Assembly (NCBI GenBank): GCA_028534125.1
Contig: CM052816.1
Coordinates: 19,222,001 to 19,286,000 of the forward strand
Length of the DNA stretch: 64,000 nt
DNA from: Lama glama
Taxonomy: Eukaryota
Reading direction: 5' to 3'
Within the stretch, counting starts at the first letter, position 1. Each line of letters opens with the position of its first letter. Below the pieces are notes generated by a model. The model made no database searches. It had not been told where the DNA came from and saw nothing but the letters and a program-made list of their open reading frames with translations. Shown here one piece after another: positions 24,471-35,395 of this stretch. The position numbers and the translations under genes were made by a program.

Positions 24471-27400
24471 GTGCTCTCAACTGCCCCCATGTTCCTGACC
24501 CCGACCCTCCTGCAGTGGGGAAAGCAGTGCCTCCTCAGACCCTGGGGGCCAGCTGAGGGAGGCTGACCACTGCCCTGAGCTGGCCCTCTTCAGTGCTTGT
24601 GTTAGAAACCGAGTGGCCTCAGCTCTGGCCGCTAGCTCCACTCACGTGCTCCACTCGCTCCCTCCCTCCCTTCCTGGAGCGCTGCTCTGGCAGCAGCACC
24701 CACCTGCTCCAACCCCTCCCCTGGTTCTCTATCTTCACACACCAAAGTCCAGCCGGGCCAGTCACTGAGGGCCCTGTGTGACAAGGCAGCGACCTCTCCT
24801 TTCTGGACCTCTTTTTTGGGACTCCCTCCTACACACAATCTCCCACTCAAATGGGACAACCCACTGAACTCCAGGCTTGGCCTGTCTCTAGGTCCCCAAG
24901 ACCTCAAATGTGTGGAGAGTCAAGACTGCTGCCCAGAGCTGGAGAGCATGCCCAAGACAGGGGAGGCCCATGTGCTGGTCAGGCAGCCCCAGGGTGAGGG
25001 GTGGGTTTGGGACGGGACTCGGTGGGTGCACAACCAGCTGCTCACCAGACTGGGCAGAGGGCACCCTCCCACTCCCCACTGCTGTGGCTCCCTGCACACA
25101 CTGCCCCCACCCTGGTCGGGTGGCCCTGCCATGTTGGCCTCCCTTGGCAACTCCCCCGAGGGGCCAGGCACTGCTGAGTCATCCCTCTTCCATGAAGATG
25201 AAGAGCACAGCCCTCCGGGTTCTATACAAAGTCACACAAGCACAACCACTGCCACACGGCTCTTGCACAACCTGGCACCAGCCTGCTGGCGTGTACGCAG
25301 GGATTCCACTGTGGCTGCACCCGCATTCAGGGCAAGGAGCCACACATACACACCCTTCGCCCTTGAAGAATGATGGCCAGGTGCACACGGACCCTGGAGA
25401 GGCCTTCGCTTATCTCTGTGTGGGCCGCGGGGTTCAGGGATTGCTGGAGAATGAGCACCTGGCTGCCCTGGCCCACCTGAGGCCTCTTCTGGCAGCAGAC
25501 AGGCCACTGCTGCCACCACACAATCTGGCCCATCCCTCTGCACTTCCTGAAGCCGCTGAGGACCTGGAGGCAGGGCCCACGAGGGGCTGGGCTGTGGACC
25601 ACAGTCTGAGCAACCGCTCTGCCAGGGGCTCAGAATGACTCTGGGAATGTCCTTATTCCTCTCTGGCTGCTGTTTCTTCACACATAAAACAGAAGCCGGG
25701 ACTAGGCTGGTGATTTCCCAGCTTTGTTCCGGCAAGCCCTGTGGCCACACTTGGGGCCTGGAAGCCTCTCAGGGCTGAGCACTCCTATCCCTGGTGCGTA
25801 ACACCAGGCGAGTGTTTCCTCTTCACAAGACACAACTCCTGCCTCACCCTTTCTTCCCACACAGACAGGGGCTCCTGAGAAGCTACAGAATGGGAGGCCT
25901 GGGCCAGAGGTCAGCGGGCCCTCCACCCTGGGCAGGTCAGGGCAGGATGAGGGAGGGGGGCCTGGCGACAGGGAAGGCCAGCCAGCCAGTGTGCAGGTGC
26001 CGGCAGAGGCTCAAGGGTCCATCTCTGAGCACATGAAGGAAGGAACCATGGGATGATGGTTCAGCATCTGCTGAACTGCTTCAGCCACGTTCCTGGCGTC
26101 CAGAAGACAGCCCGGCAGGGATGGCAGACAGAGGACTTGGAGTCAGCTCCAAAAATCACAAAAGCCTCAAGGTCTGGGGCTCAGGCTGGCCAAGACATCA
26201 GGTCCGGCTTTAAAGAGAGGTGACAGGGAAGACCCCAGCCCCCTCCCTCAGGAGGCCTCTCTTGCCCCTGCCCCTTCTCACTCCAAGAGGCAGGCTAGAT
26301 CCATCAGAATGAGCTCAGGAAAACAGAGCCCACAGCCCATGCCCAGTAAGGCACCACAGAGACGTAGTTACAAAGCTGGAAGAGCCACAAAGACAGGCAG
26401 GGGAGAGTGAGGCAATGCAGAGATCAGCCATAGCAAGAGAAGGCCAACACCAGCGCTAGGACCGGAGGAAAAGCTAGAGGAGGGGCCTCCAGAGCCCAGA
26501 AGCCAGGCCATCCTGCAGAAGCTAAAATCACGTAAGGGCCTCCTCAGGCTGAGGGAGCCAAGACCACGGGGAGACAGGCTGATGGGTGACAGCTGGAGGC
26601 ATGGAGGAGCCCACTGCTGCAGGAGAGAGAGGGGAGGAAGTGTCCTTCTCTCTCCCTCCCCTCCATCCCGCCCTCCAGCCTCCTGCCACTGCTTTCCATG
26701 GACCAAACCAGATCAGAGCCAGTTGTAGAAGAAGTCTGGGAATTGTAGTTTGCAGGGCTGGCCCTTGTGCTACAGAGCCAGCAGGGGAAGAGCTGGGAAC
26801 GGATCTGAGCAAATGAGGGCCACAGAGACACCCTCAGCCTCCCACCTAGAGACCCTGATGCTTCCAGATCCTGCCCACACTTCAAAGTTCAGCCCAGACC
26901 ATCTTCCTTCAGGAGGCCCTGGTGGCTGATTCTGGGCCAGCCTTGCTCTCAGTCTGTCCGGCCACACTCCTCCTGCCTTGGTCCCGTTGTCCATATGGGG
27001 TAGGGGCCGGGGCCTTCTCTGAACTCTCCCCAGTCCCAAAGATGCCCCAGCAGCTCAGCAGGCCCCTGACACAGCTGAGCACAAGTCTGATGTGCCCTTC
27101 AGCCCTGAACTCTCCAACTAGTTTTATCTCAAAGAAAAGAAATCTTTTTCTTTCCTAAATGAAAATTCCCAGGTCATTTCTTGGGGGAATACATGTTGTT
27201 GCTGTACAAAGTGAATGTACAAAAGGAAGTCAAACACTCCCGTGTGAAACTGCTCGAAGCCCAACCTGACCTCAGAGGGGAAAGGGAGATGGTAACACCG
27301 AGGTCTCATTGCCTCCAGAAGCCTCCCAGTGAGACATGCATTTTTAGAGCAAGAGACCCGTGAGGTTTCCAAAAGAGAGGAAGACCTTTACTTCACTATG

Positions 27401-27619
27401 ATGGGATCTTGCCGTTCCCTTTCAAAGACTCCACCCACCCTGCCTGCCCCGAGCCCTGCCTCCTCCAGCCTGCAAGGGTCAACAGAGGCTTCCTCACTGG
27501 CCATGTTCCCCAGCCTTTTTCCTAACATTAGCCAACCCTGAGTGTTCACCTCCCCTTCTGTGACCTCTCTACTATCCATTGAACAAACCCCAAATGCCAG
27601 AGCCAGGGGGATGGGGCCG

Positions 27620-27812
27620 CTGGAATGTGAAAGACAGCTCACACTGGCTCATGAGAACTTAGCACTCAGTGCTGTCACTCTGATGACTTGAAGTGGGCCA
27701 CAGTGGAAATATTTACACCACGGAAATTGGCAAACGCTTCAAATCACATCTTTTTTTTTTTCTTTTTCCCTCCTGGAGAGCTGGTTATTAAACTCTGATG
27801 AGCACACACTGA
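27620..27812. mobile_element. MER63-like hAT element
   Basis: atatttacaccacggaaattggcaaacgcttcaaatca...ggagagctggttattaaac...agcacacactg; family recalled from consensus. Confidence 0.65.
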
Positions 27813-28884
27813 GTGCGACTTTGACATTCTGGGCACACGCTCTACCACCACCGTCAACTCCAGTCTCAGGTCCTGCCACCTCCTCTCTCCCACTGTCTCT
27901 CTCCAGCTGTTCACCAAACACACCGGGTCCTTCCAGGCCTCCGTGCCAGAGCTAACACTCTCCCCCAGCTGCTCGAGGGGACAGAGCATGGGCGTGCTTC
28001 TGTCCTGAGTTCAGATCCAGCCGCACAACCTCGGGCAAATCATTGTCCCCTCACCAGTAGAAGGCAGGTAGCAGCACTGTCTGAGCGAAAACAAGAGGGT
28101 GGGGTTGCAAGATCACCACCACGAGTGGTCCAGGGGTGGGCTCAAAACCACCATCACCCCCTTCTCTGCCAGTCGAAGTTCTCCCGAGCTTCAAGGTTCA
28201 ACCTCCTTGGTGAAGCCAGACCTGTGAGTCCAGCAGAAGTCTTGTTCCCTTCCAGCAGCCCACTTCCGGTGGCCGTAGCTCTGTGACCTAAGGTGAGGGC
28301 CCCCTGTGACAGCAGGGCAGAGAGCCTGGGGGGTGAGCAAGGTTTACACGTAGCTCCAGTGAGAAGCAGGATTACATGACTGCGAGAACCGCCGGGTCCT
28401 CTGTGTCCTCATCCACGGGTCAGGGAAGTAAGCGCTGCCTCCCTTTCCATGACCCTCTTCCTCGGGGTAAGGAAGTCCTCCCCCTTCTTCCTGATGGGCA
28501 CCTGCCCAACAGTGGCAGGAAGTAGAGGCACAAAGTGGGCAAGTGGCCTTGTGTGAACTCAGGCTGTATCAGCCTCAAGGCTCACCTCCAGCCACAAGTC
28601 CATTTGCAAAGGTGAGGAGAACTTCACACCCATCAGCCCAGCCAGGATGCCACCAGCTGGCCAGCTCAGCTCCCTGTGGGAAAGGCAATGCCACACTCAC
28701 CACTTGTCCACTGCCAGCCTTGGACAAGGCACTGGCACTCCTCTCACCATCCCTTCCCAGGAAGTCAAGAGCCAGACTGGGCTGTGTCCTGCTGGCTTCC
28801 TGGCAGAACTCAGGGTGGGTCGAGGGGTCACGTCCACCTCCCTGTGAAGAGCTCAGCACATCCTCAGCAGACAGTTATCAGATG

Positions 28885-29060
28885 TTATTACTCATCACTT
28901 ACTAGCTGTGGCCTTGAGCAAGTGGGTTAAATTCCCTGGGTCTCAGTTTCCTCCTCTGCAAAGTGGGGGCACTAGTAGTACCGCCTCCTGGGTAGTTATA
29001 AGCAAACAAATGCTTCAGGCACAGAATAAGTGCTTAATAAGTTTTAGCTATTATAATTTA
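28885..29060 (+). mobile_element. MIR SINE
   Basis: cacttactagctgtggccttgagcaagt...tctcagtttcctcctctgcaaagtggg...aagtgcttaataagttttagctatt. Confidence 0.85.
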
Positions 29061-29359
29061 TTACCCCATTTTACACGGGAAGAAAGTGAGTTTTAAAAGG
29101 GAACCCAGAGAGATACAATTTGGAGTGTTTGTCCCAAGTCCCTGCAGGATCAAACGTGTAAAGGAACTCCTGTGACTGTGCATAAGCCTGGAACGTCCAG
29201 AAGAGAAGTGGGCAGCACCTCCTTTGCGTTGAGCAAGGACAGAACAGGGTCACTGATGGTGACTGGAGCCAGGTGTTGTACCACCTGTCACAGGTGTCCT
29301 TGCGGCTGAAAAGGTTCAGCACGGCCCTGCTCAGACTCTACCTAAAAGCGTAAATCATG

Positions 29360-29500
29360 GGCTCTCAGGTTTTTGAGGAACTTGAATGCTCACTGAGGTC
29401 CACTCCACTCCCTCAACACCCAGGCCAGGACATTGTTTCAATACCTCCAGTGATGGGGAACTCAGTACCTGCAGAGGCCACACAATCCACTGCAGATGCA
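29360..29500 (-). mobile_element. L3/CR1 fragment
   Basis: tttcaatacctccagtgatggggaactcagtacc matches an antisense CR1 3' motif. Confidence 0.6.
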
Positions 29501-30529
29501 AGTGAAGAGAAGGGGACAGGAATCGACAAAGGAGCCAGAGGAGCCTGGGTGCTGAAGGCTGATTCTGCCAACTTCTCAGATGAGCCTGAGGTAGGTCCGG
29601 TCTCCAACCTCCAGGCCACCACCCTCTGCGTGAGAAGTCCCAGGAACTAAGGGCACCTCCAGGGAGCCCAGCTTGAGTGGGAAGATGTGGAAACAGGCTG
29701 AGGCACACACCAGTGGGTTCCACACCACTAGGCAACAGGAAAGAAAAAAGGGTGGCCCCGGGCTGGGCCCAGCGGCAGCAGCCGCTGCCGCCAGGAAGAT
29801 CAAAACGCCCAGATAATGAGCTGAATTCTTCTCGCAGAGACACCAGCTAATGAAGGGAGCACAGGAAGCCCCATGTCACAGGCCCAAACTGTTTATACAA
29901 GTGTTAAAAATACATTTCAAAAGAAAGCAGGGAAGCCCGAGGAAACCCTCTGCCGCCCTTGGAAAATGATTTCTGAAAACCACCTTAATTTGTTTTCCAA
30001 AAGGTGTTTGAAGTCTCTCCGTGTACCCCTTGGGCAACTTTAATTCCTCCTCCTAATCCCCTATTAAACCTGATGCTCACTAGCACAGCCCTCTTTGGGG
30101 ATTATGATTTTTATTCTTAATTATACAGATACATATTTGGGTCCATGTGTGTTCCTATGTTTTTATGTAAATTAAAAAGGCACTGACAGCCTTACTTCTC
30201 CGAGATGCCTGAAAGAGCTTCATTAAAGCACTAGGGGGATTTCAAATGAAGTTTAAAGGGTCAGAAGAGTATAATTTTTAAAATTAATTTACAAAACCTT
30301 GTAACCTTACAGCCAGAGATGAATGAGTTGGTGGGAAAGTGTGAGGAGCAACATGTGAAGAGCTGAGCCTGGGAGGAGTGGGGTGGGGAGTGGGGTGGGG
30401 GGTGGGGCGGGGGGGCGCCCTTGCCAATGTCTGGAAGAGCTGGAGGGACTGGGGAAAGCAGGCACGATGTGATGACCGTCATCTCCACCGTCATCACCAG
30501 CAGGAGGCCCTGCTTCTTCACCCCCGATG

Positions 30530-30950
30530 ATGTGCCAGCTGTTGTATTCAGCTCTGCACACCGCACCTCATGAAACCCAGCAGCCCTCTAAGGAGGGTGC
30601 TACTTGTGACCCCCAGTTTTCAGATAAGGAAACTGAGGCACAGAAAGGTCAGGTGACTTCCCTAAGGTGCCACTGAAGAAATGGTGGGGAAAAATAATGA
30701 TGATGATGATGATGATGATACTTACTGACTGCTGGTAACGTGCCAGGCACAGTTTTATGTACATTATCTCATTTAACCCTCACCAAATGCCAGTAAGGTA
30801 AGTCTTATTATTACCCTTACTTTACAGATGAGGAAACCAAGGCTCAGAGAGGCTTAAAAAAATAAAAAAGCTGCCAAAGGTCACAGAACCAATAAAGACC
30901 TCAGACTTGAACTTGAGTCAGTGAGACTTCAGAACCCAAGTCTGTCTCTT
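30530..30950 (-). mobile_element. Two tandem MIRs separated by (GAT)n
   Basis: ttttcagataaggaaactgaggcacagaaaggtcaggtgactt; (GAT)n at about 30698-30719; tttacagatgaggaaaccaaggctcagagagg. Confidence 0.85.
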
Positions 30951-31399
30951 CTCTCTCACTCCACAAACTTACAGCATGCTCCCTAATCACAGAGGACAAC
31001 AGCACAAGAGATGTGACAAGGCAGCATCCCTCCCACTGGCCCTGGGCCTAGTCACCAGGGTCTGTCTAAGTTCTGGATCATCAGGGCCCAGCAACAGAGG
31101 TAATCTGGGAAGACTCCCTGGAGAAAGGGGATAAGAGGTAGGCTGGGGAAGAATGGGCTGAAGCACAGAAGACAGTGGAAATGGGTAAAATGGGGGGTGG
31201 GGTGCAGGTGGGAAAGGACAAGTATGCTCAGACACAGCTGGCTGGAGACATCAGTAGGCAGATGGGTAGAAGGATCGGGAGCGAGGTCTGGCCTGGGACA
31301 GACATCTGGGGGTCACAAAACTGTAGGGGTCCCCCCAGCGATCAGGCATGAAGAAAGTACCCCTGCTCCTATTCCAGGCCAGTTCCTGCCTTTGAAACC

Positions 31400-32930
31400 A
31401 AGTCCCACCTCCTGAACCCTCCCAAAGCCATCACTCCTGTCACTGTCCTGTCTCTCGAGATCATTAACTTCTGCTCTTTCCTGCATCATTCACGTCAGCA
31501 TACGAATTTGCTATATTTTCTCCCAGGTCTTAAAAAAAAAAAAAAAAAGCCTGACTTGACCGCCCATATTCTTCTTGAGGTGCCACCCCATGCCATTGTT
31601 CCCACTTTGGCAAAACACCTCAAGAGCTGTCTTCTCAGGATAGATTTGTCTTCTCCCATAGTTCCCTGCCTTCTCTGCCCTCCCTGGTCAGGCTTCAGCC
31701 TCACCTCCCCACTGGACTGGCTCTCACCAGGTTACCAACAGCTCAGGTAGTCAACGCCCACTCTCAGCAGGCTTTCCCTGAAACCCTCGGTTTCCCTCCC
31801 ATTCCACTGGCCGTACCTTCCCCTTCACCTTTGCTGGTGCCTCCCACATCTATGTCTACCCTGTCCTCCGTCTCTGAGCCCTCTTCTCTTTCCCTCTCTC
31901 TGTCCACCATCTCATCCAGTTCTGTGGCTCTAAGTCCCACGGCAATGCAAAGTGTCCATCTCCAGCCCTGGCTCTCCTCTCAACTCCGCACACATGACAG
32001 CAAACTTGATGTGATCACTTTTACATCTCAACGTAACAGGTTCCTAACTGCACTCCTGATTTCCACTCCCCTAAACCTGCTCTTTCTTCCTCTGCTCTCC
32101 CCCCATCCCAGCAAATGGCTGTGTGACTGAGTGAAAGAGTGAAGTTAGGCATAACTCTCAGCTTGAGCAACTGTGTGGACGCGGTGCCAATCCAGCAGGA
32201 AATCCTATTAACAATACCTCCAACACACACCTGGAGCCATCTATGTCTCTCCATCCCCACCGTGCCCTGCCAGCCTACGCCATCACCATTTTGCACCTGG
32301 ACCCCCATACTAGCCTAAACAACCTCCCATCTGCACTTTTGCTCCCCACAATCCATTGTCCATTCAGCGGTCAAAGGGATCTTTCTAAAACACAAATCCA
32401 ATCTTGTAACAACCAACACCACCGTCCTGGCTTCCCATTGTACTTGGAATTATATTCAGGCTCCTAGACACTGCCCCATACAGCCCCAGATGATCTGAAC
32501 TCTATCTCACCCATATCATTTACCACTGCCTTCTGGATTCCTAAATTCAGCTGGTATTGACCATTCTGCATCTTCAACACACCAGTCTTGTTCAACCCCA
32601 GGGCCTTTACACTTGCAGGTTCATCTGCCTGTAGTGTTTTCCCCTAATTTTCTCACAGCTGACTCCTTGTGATGCAGATCTCAGCTGAACTATCTTGGGG
32701 AAGCCATCCCTGAACACCCAGTTTAAAAGAGTTCTCTGTCACATCACCCATTTTTAGTGCCTTAAAGTGTACTTATCACACCTAATAATTTTATTTATTT
32801 ATATATGTGTACTATCTGTGTCTCTCACAGGGTCCTGAGCCCCAGGAGGCAGGGACCTCATCTGTCATGCTTACTGCTGCCTCCCCAGCATCGAGCACAG
32901 CACCTGGCTCAGACCGTGACATGAGTGACT
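31400..32930 (+). mobile_element. L2 LINE, about 1.5 kb 3' portion
   Basis: C/T-rich L2 body (atctccagccctggctctcc, gatctttctaaaacacaaatc, cagggcctttacacttgc) ending gagccccaggaggcagggacc...cagcacctggc. Confidence 0.85.
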
Positions 32931-33304
32931 GCTTCCTCTCACCTCTTCATCCCTCCTCCCCATCACCCACCCACCGCCCCTGAGATCCTGGCCTCTCCCA
33001 CAAGGTCCAGTGCCCACATGGTGAAGATCAGTGTGCTGATTATGTCAGAGCTTAGGGGTAGGGCTGAACGGGAATGGGAATCACGGTGGCTGTCTTTTTC
33101 CTCCCAGCGTCAGCCACCACTCCACCTCCCCACTGCCCAGGCTGCCCCGGGCCACACCTGCCCTGGCTTGGGGATGAAATGCCAATCAGGCAGCCTTATG
33201 CTCTGGAAAACCAGCTCTGCCAGAAGACTGGCAGGGCTCCAATCCTGGCTCCCCACTTATGGCCAAGGGACCTGAGCAAGTCTCTTCACCTCTTTGAAGG
33301 CAGC

Positions 33305-33697
33305 AAAAAAAAAAAAAATCAGTGATTGCCAAGGGTTGAGGGGAGGGAGGGATAAATAGATGGAGAATAGAGGATCTTTAAGGCAGTGAAACGACTCTGT
33401 CTGATACTATAATGGTAGATACATATCCTTAAACATGTGTCCAAAACCATACCATGTACAACACCAAGAGGGGACCCCAATGTAAACTACTGACTCTGGG
33501 TGATCATGATGTGTCAGTGTGGGCTGATCAGTTGTAACAAACGCACCACTCAGGTGAAGGGTGCTAATAACGGAGGAGGCAATGTGTGGAGGCGGGAGTA
33601 TATGGAAACTCTCTGTACCTTCCCCGCAACTTTGTTCTGAACCTAAAGCTGTTCTAATAAAACTAAAGCTATTAAAAAATTTAAAAATTGTAAAAAC
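33305..33697 (+). mobile_element. L1MC-type 3' UTR fragment
   Basis: cagtgattgccaagggttg...aatgtaaactac...gatgtgtcagtgt...tatatggaaactctctgtacctt...aacctaaagctgttcta, followed by an A-rich tail. Confidence 0.85.
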
Positions 33698-33838
33698 CCA
33701 GCACCAAGCCTGGCCCCCAGCATTCCCTTCTGATATGTATCTAACAAAATGTGACTATGCCTCTTTACACCTTCAGTCTACCAAGGAGCCAAACACAGCC
33801 CTGATGCTGTAAATCTATTGTCCCATTGTTAAAACATT

Positions 33839-33924
33839 GCAGGGAATAGCTCATTGGTAGAACATATGCTTAGCATGCATAAGGTCCTGGGTTCTATCCC
33901 CAGTACCTCCATTAAAAAAAAAAA
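33839..33924 (+). mobile_element. tRNA-Ala(AGC)-derived SINE (camelid Vic-1-like), short form
   Basis: tagctcattggtagaacatatgcttagcatgcataaggtcctgggttctatccccagtacctcca plus poly(A). Confidence 0.85.
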
Positions 33925-34589
33925 TTAAGCTATACTTAAATACTTGCAAAGTTTGAGTTCTAATGACAGCCACACTGACAAACTTGTGCTCCACTCAGCC
34001 CCTCACGCCAGACAAAAAGTTAGGGACTGAGCTCTGCAGCCTTATTACTTGGGCCACAAGAAAAAATCCAGCTCAGAATAATCCACAAGTTGTGCACTGA
34101 TCCTCAGAGCTGTACCAAGATGTCTTGGCCCAAATGCCCTTCCAAGCAACCTACGCCATCCACACCAGCCCAGCCCAGCCCATTCCCATGCAGCTTCCTG
34201 TCTGCAAAAGCACTTGCTCATGTCACCACCACCACCCCACCCTCGGCCCCTAAGTAGCCCAGGGAGGAAAACAGTGAGGACTACTGGCCCCTCTTTTCAC
34301 ATGAACCAACCACATGCAGAACTTGCCCCGGGGGCCATGCAGAGAGTGAGGGACGAGAAATCTGGAAATCCAATGGCCTGACTAATTCCGTGTTCTTTCA
34401 ACCCCTCTGACCTGAATGGCTTAAAAAAATAGGTTTGGACTTATTATCATCAGTACCCTTTTATACCTCTATTAGTACCAACAAAAATTAAAACCCCTCA
34501 TTCTTGTCTAGACTTCCAAAGCGCCATCTTTAGAACTCTTTTCAGCTCCATTTATGAATGGGGCTTCACCATAAGCCTATCAGGTTGGT

Positions 34590-34710
34590 ATCAGCCTTCA
34601 TATTTCACAGATTTTGAACTGAGGCCCAGCAAGGTTTCTGGCCGGCCCAAGGTCACATAGAGCATCAGAAGGCGGGGCAAAGCCACCTGATTCCCAGCCC
34701 AGTGCTCCAT
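34590..34710 (-). mobile_element. MIR fragment
   Basis: tttcacagattttgaactgaggcccag...cccaaggtcacatag. Confidence 0.7.
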
Positions 34711-35330
34711 GCTGTCCACCATCTCCCAGACCTACATGAAACTGCCACTCCAGGCTCTTATAGACCCACAGCTCCTCACCAACTACCTGTTGTTGGAGGG
34801 GCCACTCTGCACCCTCCCCAGGGCTTCTCTTCTTGCTGACCTCAGCACACTATCTTTGCAGTAACAGAGTCCATGCCCCTTGACAATGGAGCTTCTGGAG
34901 CTCCACGAATGTATCCGAGTATGCTTACCAAATATCACCACCATCAGATCAGCCTCCAGCTCTGCTCAGAGCACAGCTAATGACGCCTCCCAACCAGTGG
35001 GGGCACCAAATGCAGAACAAAGCCCTGAGGACGGGCCAGGAGGCACAAGCAAGACACCAATAGGCACAATGGACAGACCTGAGGTCTGGGCAGGCCTGGG
35101 CTCATCTCAGCATGATCCTTCCCTCTGTCCTCTATCTACAGCAGCCAGCGCCTCAACCTGCTCAGCCCTAGAGGCCAGCCTAGCTCAGAGGCCTCACCAA
35201 GCCCAGGCTTTACCCCAGGCACCTCAGCCTGGGCAGCACAGGCAGATAACCCCCATTTTCAGGCATGCCTGTGGTCACTGGTCAAGAGCAAGCACTTGGG
35301 AAACCGCCTCCCATCTCTGGGTCATCCAGC

Positions 35331-35395
35331 AGACAAGCCCAAACCATGTGGGAAATGTGTAGACAAGCCCAAACCATGTGGGAAATGTGTAGACA
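35331..35395. repeat. Perfect 30-bp tandem duplication
   Basis: agacaagcccaaaccatgtgggaaatgtgt twice, plus agaca. Confidence 0.97.

Noticed and set aside
24816..25750. Stack of long overlapping ORFs (185, 242 and 172 aa)
   Set aside because: No recognisable domain or convincing splice boundaries; explained by stop-codon scarcity in GC-rich DNA.
29071..29341. Possible minus-strand exon after the acceptor-like tttacgcttttag|G
   Set aside because: All three frames hit stops soon after the acceptor and no strong donor follows.
33839..33911. Genuine tRNA-Ala gene
   Set aside because: Mismatched D stem, altered B box and a poly(A) tail indicate a SINE copy.
35331..35395. CRISPR-like repeat
   Set aside because: Two adjacent copies with no spacer, in a mammalian genome; a simple tandem duplication.
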